Under the pieces are notes generated by a model that had not been told where the DNA came from, ran no database searches, and saw only the letters and a list, made by a program, of their open reading frames with translations. From Chitinophagales bacterium (GTDB lineage: Bacteria > Bacteroidota > Bacteroidia > Chitinophagales > UBA10324), in NCBI GenBank assembly GCA_025057275.1, contig JANWXQ010000070.1, forward strand, positions 26,986-90,985: a stretch of DNA of 64,000 nucleotides, written 5' to 3'. The translations under genes and the position numbers were made by a program. Shown here piece after piece: positions 48,615 through 58,574 of the stretch. Each line of letters opens with the position of its first letter. The stretch's first letter is position 1.

Positions 48615-48687
48615 GGTTCCTGCCGTATGGCCTGTTCTTTCGGAAGCCCACTGAAGCGATACCTTCGCTGCATTAATCCGATGCTGC

Positions 48688-49827
48688 ATGAAGTTTGCTA
48701 CCAAGGCCATTCATGCCGGCGTGCATCCCGATCCGGCTACCGGCGCCATCATGACGCCAATTTATCAAACCTCCACCTACGTTCAGGAAGCGCCCGGCAG
48801 GCATAAGGGCTACGAATATGCCCGAACCGCAAACCCTACCCGCGATGCCCTTCAGGCAAATCTGGCTGCACTGGAAAACTGCCGCTACGGGCTGTGCTTT
48901 TCCAGCGGCCTGGCCGCCACCGATGCCGTCATCAAACTGCTCAGCAAAGGCGACGAAGTCATCAGCACTTTTGATATCTATGGAGGCACCTACAGGCTTT
49001 TTGTAAAAGTTTTTGAGCGGCTGGGCATCCGGTTTCGATTTGTGGATCTGCAACAGACCGATGACCTGGCCTCCCTGCTAACGCCTAAAACCCGATTGCT
49101 TTGGCTGGAGACTCCTTCCAACCCGATGATGCACATCATCGACATTGAGGCCGTTTGCGCTCAGGCCCATCAGGCCGGCGTTTACGTTGCCGTAGACAAC
49201 ACCTTTGCCACCCCTTTTCTGCAAAACCCTGCCGATTGGGGCGCTGACCTGGTGGTCCACAGCGCCACCAAATACCTTGGCGGTCACAGCGATGTGGTTA
49301 TGGGCGCCGTTACCACCAACGATGAAGACCTGTACGAACGGTTGAAGTTTCTGCAAAATGCCTGCGGGGCGGTGCCAGGTCCTATGGATTGTTTTCTGGT
49401 CCTGCGCGGCATAAAAACCCTTCACGTGCGTATGGAGCGCCACTGCGAAAACGCTGCGCGCGTGGCCGATTTTCTGGAAAGCCACCCCAAGGTGGAAGAC
49501 GTTTTTTATCCCGGCATTCCGGCTCATCCGGGTCATGCTGTTGCCCGAAAACAGATGCGCGGCTTTGGCGGCATGCTTTCTTTCACCTTAAAAGGAAACC
49601 GGATGGAAGATGCACTCAGGCTGCTCAGCGCCACCCGGCTGTTTGCCTTGGCCGAATCCTTAGGCGGCGTGGAATCATTGATCGGCCATCCGGCTTCCAT
49701 GACTCATGCTTCCATTCCCAGGGAAGAGCGCGAAAGCCGGGGCTTGCTGGATACCCTCATCAGGCTCAGCATCGGCATTGAAGATGCCGACGACCTGATG
49801 TCCGATCTGGAACAAGCGATCGGCTAA
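48688..49827 (+). CDS. PLP-dependent trans-sulfuration enzyme (cystathionine gamma-lyase/synthase family)
   Basis: MKFATKAIHAG..., YARTANPTR, and SATKYLGGHSD (PLP lysine). Size is 379 aa. Confidence 0.9.
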   Translation: MKFATKAIHAGVHPDPATGAIMTPIYQTSTYVQEAPGRHKGYEYARTANPTRDALQANLAALENCRYGLCFSSGLAATDAVIKLLSKGDEVISTFDIYGGTYRLFVKVFERLGIRFRFVDLQQTDDLASLLTPKTRLLWLETPSNPMMHIIDIEAVCAQAHQAGVYVAVDNTFATPFLQNPADWGADLVVHSATKYLGGHSDVVMGAVTTNDEDLYERLKFLQNACGAVPGPMDCFLVLRGIKTLHVRMERHCENAARVADFLESHPKVEDVFYPGIPAHPGHAVARKQMRGFGGMLSFTLKGNRMEDALRLLSATRLFALAESLGGVESLIGHPASMTHASIPREERESRGLLDTLIRLSIGIEDADDLMSDLEQAIG

Positions 49828-50966
49828 CTGTTCTGCGACCTGGCGAACTGAAGTCCGTAGTCAATGGCATGCCAGAACTGGTCGGCAGCCCGTTGCCAGG
49901 AATAGCGCTGCCGTTGCTGCCGGCCCGCAGCAATCAGCTGCCGGCGCAATTCCCCGTCGCTGCTGATCGCCTGCAAGGCTGCGGCGATTTCAGAAACGGA
50001 AAAAGGATCCACCAGCAGGGCGGCCTGGCCGGCTACTTCCGGCATGGAGGAAGTGCGGGAGGTAATTACGGGAACATCACTGTACATGGCTTCCACCAAT
50101 GGAATGCCAAAGCCTTCAAACAACGACACATACACCAATGCAGTAGCCGCTCCCATTAAGCGGGCCAGCTCTGCGCGCGACATGTGTCCGGTATGGATTA
50201 CGTCGGAACGGAACCGCATCTCATGCAACATGCGGTAAGCCTCCGGATAGCTCCATTTTCTTCCGGCCAACACCAGACACAACCCATCGGGATTTTGCGA
50301 TCGGTACCGATCGTAAGCCTGAAGCAATCGCACGATGTTTTTTCTGGGCTGCAGGGCGCCTGCATACAAAAAGTAAGGGCGGCCACCGGTTAGTCTGTCC
50401 CGAACCTGTTGCTGCTGATCACTGTCCAGCGGCCGGAAGTAATCATCCACTCCATTGCAGGCTACATCAATCTGCGACTCATCAATGCCATAGCGCTTTG
50501 CAATGTCGTTCCGGGAAAACTCCGACACGGTTACCAGACGAACAGCTTTTCGGGCATATTTGGGTGAAAAATGCCGGTAATAGGCTTTGCTCAGCGCATC
50601 CATCTGATCATCAAAATGCTCAAAGGCCAGGTCGTGCATGACCACCACCTGAGGGCAATGAGCCCTTAACGAACCATAGCCATCGGGAGAAACAAACAGA
50701 TCGGCTTTTATGCGTCGCAGCACCTGCGGCACACTCCACTCAAACCACCAATACCACAACAAGGGGTGACGGGCCTGCGGCCCTATCACTACCGGACGTA
50801 CATTATCGCTGAACACAAAGCTGCTGGAATAAGGGCGGTCAAAGAGAAAGTAAAACACATGCTCCGGATGCTGTCGGGTAATCAGGCGCAGGGTTTCGGC
50901 CGTGAACACACCGATGCCTTCCAGCTTTCCTTCCAACAATACCCGGACGTTTACTGCTATGTTCAC
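49824..50966 (-). CDS. Glycosyltransferase family 4 (GT-B)
   Basis: C-terminal EGFGIPLVEAM motif. The likely GTG start at 50966 gives (V)NIAVNVRVLLEG. The ORF track runs to 51044. Confidence 0.85.
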   Translation of the reverse strand: MNIAVNVRVLLEGKLEGIGVFTAETLRLITRQHPEHVFYFLFDRPYSSSFVFSDNVRPVVIGPQARHPLLWYWWFEWSVPQVLRRIKADLFVSPDGYGSLRAHCPQVVVMHDLAFEHFDDQMDALSKAYYRHFSPKYARKAVRLVTVSEFSRNDIAKRYGIDESQIDVACNGVDDYFRPLDSDQQQQVRDRLTGGRPYFLYAGALQPRKNIVRLLQAYDRYRSQNPDGLCLVLAGRKWSYPEAYRMLHEMRFRSDVIHTGHMSRAELARLMGAATALVYVSLFEGFGIPLVEAMYSDVPVITSRTSSMPEVAGQAALLVDPFSVSEIAAALQAISSDGELRRQLIAAGRQQRQRYSWQRAADQFWHAIDYGLQFARSQNS

Positions 50967-51042
50967 AGTGCAATATTGACAAAACTCCACCGTAAAGTGT
51001 CTGCACTGCCTTTGCTTGCTACCTTTCCGCCTGCGGCAAACC

Positions 51043-52485
51043 ATGCAGCGCTTCTTCTACCGCAATCTGGCTTTTCTGATTGCCGTTAATCTGGTCGTTA
51101 AACCGGTATGGCTGTTTGGCATTGACCGCACGGTACAGAATGTGGTTTCCGCCGAACAGTATGGTTTGTACTTCGTTCTGATGAATTTGAGCATGCTCAC
51201 CATGATTCTGCTGGATCTGGGCATCAGCAGTTTCAACAATAAGGCGGTTGCCGGCAACACCGGTCTGCTCACGGCTCATGTGCCCCATCTGTTAACCGTC
51301 AAACTCGTGCTGGCATTGGTATATTTTGCCGTTACGGTTACAGCAGCTCTGTTGCTGGACTATTCCCACCGCGCCGTTATGATGTTATTGTGGATTTCCG
51401 CCAATCAGGTTATGGCTGGTTTCATTTTGTTTCTGCGATCCAACATCAATGCCTTGCATCGCTTCTTTGCCGACAGTGTTTTTTCAGTTCTGGACAAAAC
51501 CCTGGTTATTGTCCTGTGCAGTTTTTTGCTGTTGGTTCCTGCCTGGCGCAGCCGCTTTGTTATCGAGTGGTTCGTTTACGCCCAGTCGGCGGCTTATCTG
51601 ATCACCGTACTGGCAGCCTTTGTTTACCTGAAGCGCCTCGGCGCCCCCCTGCGCCTGCAGTGGCCGGACCGATTTACCCGAGAGTTGCTGCAGCAGGCTG
51701 TCCCGTTTGCCGTGCTCATTTTCCTGATGACGCTGTACGGACGCATTGATGCCGTGATGCTGAAGCAACTGCTGGGCGAATCCGGCAAAACCGCTGCAGG
51801 CATCTACGCCGCAGCGTTTCGCATTCTGGACGCCCTGAATCAGGTCGGTTATATGTTCAGCATTTTGCTGCTACCGGTATTCAGCAGAATGTTGGCTTCC
51901 TCCCGCCCGGTACACGACCTGATCCGCAGCAGTTCGGTATTGCTGTTTCTGTATGCGGTGACGGCTGCAGCAGGCATTTCGGTGTACAGCCATGAAATCA
52001 CCGGTTTGCTGTACCGGGACCACATTCAGGAAAGCAGCCAGGCCCTGCGCCTGCTGGTTCTGGCGCTGGTAGGTTACAGCCTGAGCTATGTTTTTTCTAC
52101 CCTCCTTACTGCCGGCAATCTGCTGTGGCATCTGGTCGGCATTGCTGCTGCTGCATCGCTGCTCAACGTGCTGCTGAACCTGGCGTTGATTCCCCGCATG
52201 CAGGCCGGTGGCGCTGCTGCTGCTGCCGCAATAACCGTACTCGCTGCCGCCGGCGCTCAAGCCTGGCTTGCTTTTAGAACATTTTCTCTTCCCCTGTCAT
52301 GGCCGCTGATTTTACGCCTTTTACTGTACGCTGCATGTTGCTGGCTGCTGTTTGTATGGCTCCATCAGATGCCATTGCCGTTTATCCCTGCCTTGCTGGC
52401 CGGCGGCTTGCTCTGTTTGGCATGGGCCTGGCTGCTCGGCCTGCTGCGCATAAACGAACTGATGCGCTGGCCTGGTGCTGCCTAA
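51043..52485 (+). CDS. Oligosaccharide flippase (Wzx/MOP superfamily)
   Basis: About 480 aa with roughly 12-14 hydrophobic segments. The N-terminus FYRNLAFLIAVNLVVKPVW is typical of polysaccharide flippases. Polysaccharide-locus context. Confidence 0.78.
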   Translation: MQRFFYRNLAFLIAVNLVVKPVWLFGIDRTVQNVVSAEQYGLYFVLMNLSMLTMILLDLGISSFNNKAVAGNTGLLTAHVPHLLTVKLVLALVYFAVTVTAALLLDYSHRAVMMLLWISANQVMAGFILFLRSNINALHRFFADSVFSVLDKTLVIVLCSFLLLVPAWRSRFVIEWFVYAQSAAYLITVLAAFVYLKRLGAPLRLQWPDRFTRELLQQAVPFAVLIFLMTLYGRIDAVMLKQLLGESGKTAAGIYAAAFRILDALNQVGYMFSILLLPVFSRMLASSRPVHDLIRSSSVLLFLYAVTAAAGISVYSHEITGLLYRDHIQESSQALRLLVLALVGYSLSYVFSTLLTAGNLLWHLVGIAAAASLLNVLLNLALIPRMQAGGAAAAAAITVLAAAGAQAWLAFRTFSLPLSWPLILRLLLYAACCWLLFVWLHQMPLPFIPALLAGGLLCLAWAWLLGLLRINELMRWPGAA

Positions 52486-53426
52486 TGATTCCGGAACACC
52501 ACATTGTCGGAATCCAGGCCTGAGCTAGATACAGCAAGTCCCACATCAGCTACCGGCTGCAGCGTACCGGAGGCGGTGATCAGGTAAGAGCAATATCCGG
52601 CCTCCCGTAACCAGCGCTCGGCGCGGCGATACGGCTCCTGTATGGCAGGGTCTGAAAAGTATTCCATGATCACCTCACAGGGCCGCTGCAGCAACGGTGC
52701 AGCGCCTTCAATTACTTCCGGTTCCATTCCTTCCACATCAATTTTTATAATGGAAGGCACAATTCCATATGCCGCACACAACTGATGCAAGGGCAAACAA
52801 GGCAATTCCCGGCGTTGCTGGCGGACGCGCTTGATCCAGTCCTGGCCCTGATACCGGCCGGCATGAGCTGAGTTGTATTCCGAAAACCGCTCATCAAACT
52901 CCAGAAACGTACACAGGCGCTCCCGATCGCCTGCCAATGCCTGAACGGCCTGGGCCTGAGGGTAGGCCTGCAAATTCTTTTTCAAAAGCGCGAAACTGCT
53001 CTCGCTGGGCTCCAGAGCCAGTACGCTGATACCGTTGCCCGTGCCAATGCAGCGGCAGGCCAGCAGGGAGTAAAATCCGAAATGAGCGCCAACATCTACA
53101 AAAACATCATTTTCTGTAAAACGCTGCAACAGATAACGTATTAACTTTTTCTCCGAATCATGAGCCAGCCCACCGGTAAGGAAAATCGCCGCACCGGCAG
53201 GAATGCGCACCTGCATGGGCTGGCCAAAAAACGTATGGCAGGATACCTCCAGGCCGCGGCGGACTATCGGATAGACCAGCTTATCGTAAATCTGAAAAAA
53301 GCTATATGTAAAAGGGCGATGCCGCAGGCGTGTCCATCGACTGCCTTCGGCCAGCATCAGCCAACGGGTTACCTGTTCGTTTGTTGGCGGAGGTCCCTTC
53401 ATGACCCATCTACAGAACTGCGGCAA
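52482..53426 (-). CDS. FkbM family methyltransferase
   Basis: VFVDVGAHFGFYSL is a SAM-binding glycine-rich motif. IIKIDVEGMEPEVIEGA is typical of the FkbM family. The start codon is uncertain. Confidence 0.75.
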   Translation of the reverse strand: MPQFCRWVMKGPPPTNEQVTRWLMLAEGSRWTRLRHRPFTYSFFQIYDKLVYPIVRRGLEVSCHTFFGQPMQVRIPAGAAIFLTGGLAHDSEKKLIRYLLQRFTENDVFVDVGAHFGFYSLLACRCIGTGNGISVLALEPSESSFALLKKNLQAYPQAQAVQALAGDRERLCTFLEFDERFSEYNSAHAGRYQGQDWIKRVRQQRRELPCLPLHQLCAAYGIVPSIIKIDVEGMEPEVIEGAAPLLQRPCEVIMEYFSDPAIQEPYRRAERWLREAGYCSYLITASGTLQPVADVGLAVSSSGLDSDNVVFRNH

Positions 53427-53521
53427 ACATATCTTACAACCGGTAAACAGCCGGATGCTGCCCGTTGAACGGAAACCGCAATATAATTTTCTATTTTCGC
53501 CGCCACATCAACACACCACGG

Positions 53522-54484
53522 ATGAATGGCTGGAATCTGATTGATTTTTTAAAAATTGTGTGGAATTGGCGCAAGCCCATCCTCATCGTTACCGGGCTTG
53601 CGGCAGTGGGCAGCATCATCCTGACCGACCCGCACATTATGCCTCCGAAATTCCGCTCTACGGCCGTCTTCTATCCGCTCAACCCCAACCTGTCCAGCTC
53701 CGGAACCCTGTTCAGTGGCACCAGCGACTACCTGTTTGGAAGCAATGCCGATGTGGATCGCGTGATGTCCATAGCCAACTCCGCTCCTTTGAAACTTGCC
53801 ATAGTTAATAAATTTAATTTATACGATCATTATCGCATCGATACGACGAGGACCCGATATCCTACGTATTCGGTTCTCAAAAAACTGGATGCCCATTACC
53901 GGGTGGAAAAAAACCCAAAGGGTGCCATTGAACTGATTGTAGAAGACCGCGACCGGCTGCTGGCTGCAGAAATGGCTAATGCCATCGTAGAACAGATTGA
54001 CCTGATCAATAGACAACTGATCAACGAAAACAAGAAAAAAATTCTGGAGATCTATCGGCGTAAAATGCTGGACAAAGAGGCGGTAGTGCAGGCACTGACC
54101 GACAGCATTTTCACGTTGAAGTCCGAATATGGGTTATACACCGACATTGAGGACCTTTCGCTTACGGAACGTAAACTGCGCAGCCATCAGGGCCCGGATG
54201 TAGATGCTGCCATGGAACGCGTCAAAGTGCTGGAAGAAAAAAAGAAGGGAGCCGTTCGTGAACTGAACAACAGCATTGCCCAGTACGAACAGTATCTGGT
54301 AACGGTGGATTCGGAAGTGCCCACCCTGCTGGTGCTGGAAAAAGCTTTTCCTGCCGAACGCAAATCCAAGCCGGTGCGTTGGCTGCTGGTTACAGCATCT
54401 GTTTTGATCGCCTTTGTCGTCATGGCACTCACGGCGGTGGTGCTGGAGCGCTATGCCGAATTCAGAAAAGTTTTCTCCTCCTGA
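53522..54484 (+). CDS. Polysaccharide co-polymerase (Wzz-like chain-length determinant, no kinase domain)
   Basis: N-terminal TM (KPILIVTGLAAVGSIILT), a long coiled-coil middle, and a C-terminal TM (RWLLVTASVLIAFVVMALTAVVL). Confidence 0.65.
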   Translation: MNGWNLIDFLKIVWNWRKPILIVTGLAAVGSIILTDPHIMPPKFRSTAVFYPLNPNLSSSGTLFSGTSDYLFGSNADVDRVMSIANSAPLKLAIVNKFNLYDHYRIDTTRTRYPTYSVLKKLDAHYRVEKNPKGAIELIVEDRDRLLAAEMANAIVEQIDLINRQLINENKKKILEIYRRKMLDKEAVVQALTDSIFTLKSEYGLYTDIEDLSLTERKLRSHQGPDVDAAMERVKVLEEKKKGAVRELNNSIAQYEQYLVTVDSEVPTLLVLEKAFPAERKSKPVRWLLVTASVLIAFVVMALTAVVLERYAEFRKVFSS

Positions 54485-55965
54485 TGGCATCGCCGACGGC
54501 ACGGGCCGGAACGCTTTGGTTTTACGGGTTCGCTGCCGTTCTGTTGGTCTCATGGTTTGCCGCAATCTGTACCGAAGAATTTGCTTTGGCGCTGGTGGCA
54601 CCGGTCCTGCTGTTTGTGTTTGTTAGCATCAACGATCTGAAGTTTGTTTATCTGTTGCTGTGGATGGTGCTGCCGCTGAGCACCGAAATGGATTTGCCTT
54701 ACGGGTTTGCTACGGATTTTCCTAGTGAGCTGCTGATTGGCGGCCTCATGCTACTGTTTTTTCCTTTTGTGCTATCGCGTCCAGATGCCTTTCCGCGCGA
54801 TTTTCTGAAGCATCCGCTGATCTTTCTGCTCCTGTTGCATTACGTGTGGATCTGGATCAGCACACTGTACTCGGAGTTCCTGCCCGTATCGCTGAAATTC
54901 TCATTGGCTAAAACCTGGTACATCGTCACCTTTGTATTTGTTACTGCCCTGCTGATCCGTAGCTCAACGGATTTCCGAAAGGCTTTTGGCCTTTATCTGC
55001 TTCCCCTGTTGTTTACGGTGGTTTACACGATGGTACGACATGCCGAAAGCGGATTTGCTTTTGCCACCGTAAACGATCCCATGCGGCCCTTCTATCGCAA
55101 TCATGTCGCTTATGCCTGTGTGCTTGCGCAAAGTGTGCCGTTGTATATCTGGTTCAGTAACACCCATCCGTTTTTGCGCCGTCATCGACTGATTGCCTGG
55201 AGCATTCTGTTGTTGCTGCTGGCGGCCATTGCTCTGGCGTACACCCGATCGGCCTGGGTGTCGCTGATTGTAGCGGCCATGGCTTATCCCCTCATTCGTC
55301 TTCGTTTGCTGACCTGGGCAGTAGCCGGAGCTTTCCTTTTGGCTGTGGCCTTTTTTGTCTACATGGCTCTTCAGGGTCGCTACCTGAACTATCAGCCTGA
55401 CTTTGAACGCACCGTTTATCATCCGGAATTGGCCGATCATCTGGAAGCCACCTTCGAAGGCCGCGACGTGTCCAGCGCCGAGCGCATTTACCGATGGGTT
55501 GCCGCCTTCCGCATGTGGGAAGATCAGCCTCTGACCGGCTTTGGTCCTTCCAATTTTTATAACTTTTACAAAAAGTATACGGTTACCGGTTTTCGAACGT
55601 GGGTTAGTGAAAACACGGAGCGCTCATCCGTTCATAACTATTTCCTTCAATTGCTCACGGAACAGGGCATTATAGGCCTGCTCCTCTTTTTGCTGCTTAC
55701 TCTGGGGATTTTTGCCACCGCTCAGCGCGTTTACACCCAATGTGTTTCACCGCAAGACCGTAATTACGTGATGGCCATCACCTTGGCGCTGGTTATCATT
55801 TACGTCAACAATACCCTGAGTGACCTGATAGAAACCGATAAAATCGGTTCACTCTTTTTCATATGTATTGCCCTCCTGGTTCATCAGGATCTCGCCAACC
55901 GCAATCAACACCAGTGTGCCGACAGGAATTCAGAGCACATGGGAGTTAATAGAACCGGCACGTAA
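54484..55965 (+). CDS. O-antigen ligase/polymerase-like membrane protein (Wzy_C-type)
   Basis: Polytopic, with a large loop and an AYTRSAWVSL-type motif. The ATG at 54484 overlaps the Wzz-like stop (TGATG). Confidence 0.75.
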   Translation: MASPTARAGTLWFYGFAAVLLVSWFAAICTEEFALALVAPVLLFVFVSINDLKFVYLLLWMVLPLSTEMDLPYGFATDFPSELLIGGLMLLFFPFVLSRPDAFPRDFLKHPLIFLLLLHYVWIWISTLYSEFLPVSLKFSLAKTWYIVTFVFVTALLIRSSTDFRKAFGLYLLPLLFTVVYTMVRHAESGFAFATVNDPMRPFYRNHVAYACVLAQSVPLYIWFSNTHPFLRRHRLIAWSILLLLLAAIALAYTRSAWVSLIVAAMAYPLIRLRLLTWAVAGAFLLAVAFFVYMALQGRYLNYQPDFERTVYHPELADHLEATFEGRDVSSAERIYRWVAAFRMWEDQPLTGFGPSNFYNFYKKYTVTGFRTWVSENTERSSVHNYFLQLLTEQGIIGLLLFLLLTLGIFATAQRVYTQCVSPQDRNYVMAITLALVIIYVNNTLSDLIETDKIGSLFFICIALLVHQDLANRNQHQCADRNSEHMGVNRTGT

Positions 55966-57178
55966 GCAGACTGATGTCGTCAGCTGTAGTGCGTTGCTTT
56001 TTGAACTGAATGAGCGTATCCACCAGTTTTTTATTAAAGGCTGCCGGTTTAAGATGATGATTTTTTTCGGTAAACGCCAGCAGCTGCGAAACATCAAATG
56101 ATTCCTGTTGCTCGTTTTCGGTATCCACCAGACCGTCGGTGTAGCAAAACACCATAAACTCGTTTGGCAAAGTCAGCCGCTGTACATGCACATAGGGCAG
56201 CCGCTCAAACATGCCCAGAATGGTACACCCTTCTGAGAGCAGCCTGCTGGTACCGTCATGAACCAGGATAGGCGGATTGTGGCCGGCATTGACGTAATGC
56301 AGTTCGCGCTTATCACGCTGAAAGCGGGCCAAAAACAGGGTGATGAATTTTTCTCCCTTCGTGATTTCGTTAACCCGGGCATTGAGCAGCTCGGTCAGCC
56401 GCTGCAACGAACGCTCGTGTTCGGCAAAAATGCGAACACTGGCCTGAAAGTTGGCCATCAGCAGGGCAGCTACCACCCCTTTCCCGCTGATGTCGCCCAT
56501 GCAGAAAAAAAATTCGTCTTCATTTAATTCAATGAAATCATAATAATCGCCTCCCACTTCCTGATGCGGCAGATAAATGCCTGCGGCCGAAACGCGATGG
56601 TCATCAGGCAACTTACCGGGAATCAACATGGTTTGCATCTGACCGGCCAGCTCCAGTTCAGCCTTGAAGAAGCGATGCTTCATCTGGGCCCGAAAGAGCT
56701 TTTTGTTTTCTATGGCCACCGCCACGATACTGGACAGCGTTTGAATGAAGGTGATTTCTTCATCGGGAGGTTCAGCACTGCCATCGGTCAGTTGGACGAA
56801 GGTAAAGGCCAGCGGCAACTCCTTATGAAACACCGGAACCACCACATCAAACACTGCAGCCAACTCGTGGCCGATGCGGTTGAGCAAGGTTACCTGCCGG
56901 AACGTGGACAGGTGAGGCATGCACAAGGCATCGGCCTCAGGCCGGCTGATGCCGGCTGCATTGGAGCACATCCAGCCTGTATGCTGAATGAACAATGCCA
57001 TTTTGCGTATGGGAAGGTTGCGCAGCAACAACGTCTCGTAAGTTTTCAGAAGTCCCCTTGCCGAAACATTGTTGTTGATGGCCTGGGTAATCTGCAGCAA
57101 AGCGCTGAGCTGCTTTTCCTGAAGCTGCAACCGCTGCAGCAATTCTCTGATGTCTGCCGAGGCCGCTGCTTTCATCAC
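55946..57178 (-). CDS. GAF-domain PP2C (SpoIIE-type) protein phosphatase
   Basis: N-terminal GAF-like region of about 170 aa. The C-terminal PP2C domain has GGDYYDF, GDISGKGVVAALLMA and TDGLVDTEN. Confidence 0.85.
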   Translation of the reverse strand: MMKAAASADIRELLQRLQLQEKQLSALLQITQAINNNVSARGLLKTYETLLLRNLPIRKMALFIQHTGWMCSNAAGISRPEADALCMPHLSTFRQVTLLNRIGHELAAVFDVVVPVFHKELPLAFTFVQLTDGSAEPPDEEITFIQTLSSIVAVAIENKKLFRAQMKHRFFKAELELAGQMQTMLIPGKLPDDHRVSAAGIYLPHQEVGGDYYDFIELNEDEFFFCMGDISGKGVVAALLMANFQASVRIFAEHERSLQRLTELLNARVNEITKGEKFITLFLARFQRDKRELHYVNAGHNPPILVHDGTSRLLSEGCTILGMFERLPYVHVQRLTLPNEFMVFCYTDGLVDTENEQQESFDVSQLLAFTEKNHHLKPAAFNKKLVDTLIQFKKQRTTADDISLLTCRFY

Positions 57179-57465
57179 CGGCTGTTGTGTAGGAGTAACC
57201 CCTGCCGGGTGGCTACGAAGTACGAATCAGCCAGCTCATCCAGATTCAAGCCCTCCAAGGGCTCGGGCAACTCTTGCCGCCGAACAAACTGTACCACCCA
57301 ACCTTTTTTTATCATGCCAACAAGCACCTGGCGCAGGTCGGTTTCGGACCAATCCAATTCACGCACTAGTTCCTCAAAGGAGGTTAAAAAATACAGTAGC
57401 TCAAGTACTGCAGTTTCCTGCTCGGTTAACCGCTCGGGTTTTAGGTTACGGTTCTTCCTTTCCAT
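57175..57465 (-). CDS. Small hypothetical protein (about 96 aa) between the GT2 and the phosphatase
   Basis: The ORF is 57175..57498; I take Met12 (MERKNRNLKPERL...) as the likely start. It overlaps the GT2 3' end, and its stop overlaps the phosphatase ATG (ATGA). The composition looks helical. No family recognised. Confidence 0.4.
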   Translation of the reverse strand: MERKNRNLKPERLTEQETAVLELLYFLTSFEELVRELDWSETDLRQVLVGMIKKGWVVQFVRRQELPEPLEGLNLDELADSYFVATRQGLLLHNSR

Positions 57466-58574
57466 GAGGTCGGCTGCCTTGCCGTAAGGCCGGTCCACAG
57501 CAACAATGCCGAATGAAACAGCTCCGCAAACAAAAATAGCCGCATCAGGTGCTCCTGACCAACAAAGCGCATGATCTGATACAAAAAGATAAAGTCCAGC
57601 ACGAATTTGGTAAGGAGGGCAAGAAGAAATAGCCCTAAATGCATAGCACTAAACAAAAGGCCAATGGCTGACGCCAACAGGACCACATGAAACCAACCCA
57701 CTCCCCAGAACATAAGCCGAAGCGGCCATTGACGAAAAGCATTCATCTTGGATGCCCACCGCCGACGTTGGTTCAGCGCCTCACGCCAGCTATCCGGAAC
57801 CGAGGTCGTCACCAGGGCACTAGGGCTTTTGCACGCTGTCACCCGATGCGCATACTGGCGGTAAAATGAATGAAGCAAAAACATATCGTCTCCTGAAGAA
57901 CGATGCAGGTTATCGGCATAAGGATCTGTTTGCAGAAAAGCCGATCGGGAAAAAAGCAGGTTGGCTCCGTTACAAACCGTCGGTATGCCCAGGGCCAGGG
58001 TTGCGGTTCCTACCGCAGAAAGCCCGCCCTGATCTAAAGCCAGCAAACGTTGCAGCAGCGATGGGCCATGCCGGTAGCGTACCGGCCCGCATACAAGCAC
58101 CGCCTGATGAAACTGCTGACAGGCCATCATAGTCCGCAACCAGCCAGGCGCCACACGGCAATCGGCATCGGTGAGGGCTATCCAGTCGCTGGGGCTTTCC
58201 TGCACGGCAAGGGTCACCCCTTTTTTCTTATGACTTCCATGAAATGGCGCGTGGCCAAGCCGGTCGCTCAGGCGCATCAACCGGACGCGGGAATCGGCCA
58301 GGCGCTCTACCACGGTTGCCGTGCCGTCTTCGGAATGATCGTCAACCACCAGAACGTCAAACCATTCGGCAGGATAGTCCTGCTCCAGCAAATCCTGCAG
58401 CAAGGCTCCGATTGCCTGTTCTTCGTTGCGCGCCACCACCACCACCGTTACCCGCATTGGAACAGTAGCCTTGCCGGGACAGCCCTCTTTGAGTGACGTC
58501 CAACCGAGAATGCAGACGAGCATTATGGCTACATAGAGCACCAACAGTATGCCTAGCAGCAGGCTCAACATCAT
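57441..58574 (-). CDS. Processive family-2 glycosyltransferase (synthase type, membrane-embedded)
   Basis: N-terminal TM. Motifs are VVDDHSEDGT, LTDADC (DxD), SGDDMF and QRRRW (QxxRW), followed by about 4 C-terminal TM segments. I use the start at MMLSLLLG; the ORF track extends to 58652. Confidence 0.8.
   Translation of the reverse strand: MMLSLLLGILLVLYVAIMLVCILGWTSLKEGCPGKATVPMRVTVVVVARNEEQAIGALLQDLLEQDYPAEWFDVLVVDDHSEDGTATVVERLADSRVRLMRLSDRLGHAPFHGSHKKKGVTLAVQESPSDWIALTDADCRVAPGWLRTMMACQQFHQAVLVCGPVRYRHGPSLLQRLLALDQGGLSAVGTATLALGIPTVCNGANLLFSRSAFLQTDPYADNLHRSSGDDMFLLHSFYRQYAHRVTACKSPSALVTTSVPDSWREALNQRRRWASKMNAFRQWPLRLMFWGVGWFHVVLLASAIGLLFSAMHLGLFLLALLTKFVLDFIFLYQIMRFVGQEHLMRLFLFAELFHSALLLWTGLTARQPTSWKGRTVT

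Noticed and set aside
48615-48687. A possible SAM or other riboswitch ahead of the trans-sulfuration gene.
   Set aside because: Only 73 nt of spacer is available, which is too short for a SAM-I-type aptamer plus expression platform. I saw no conserved riboswitch core motifs.
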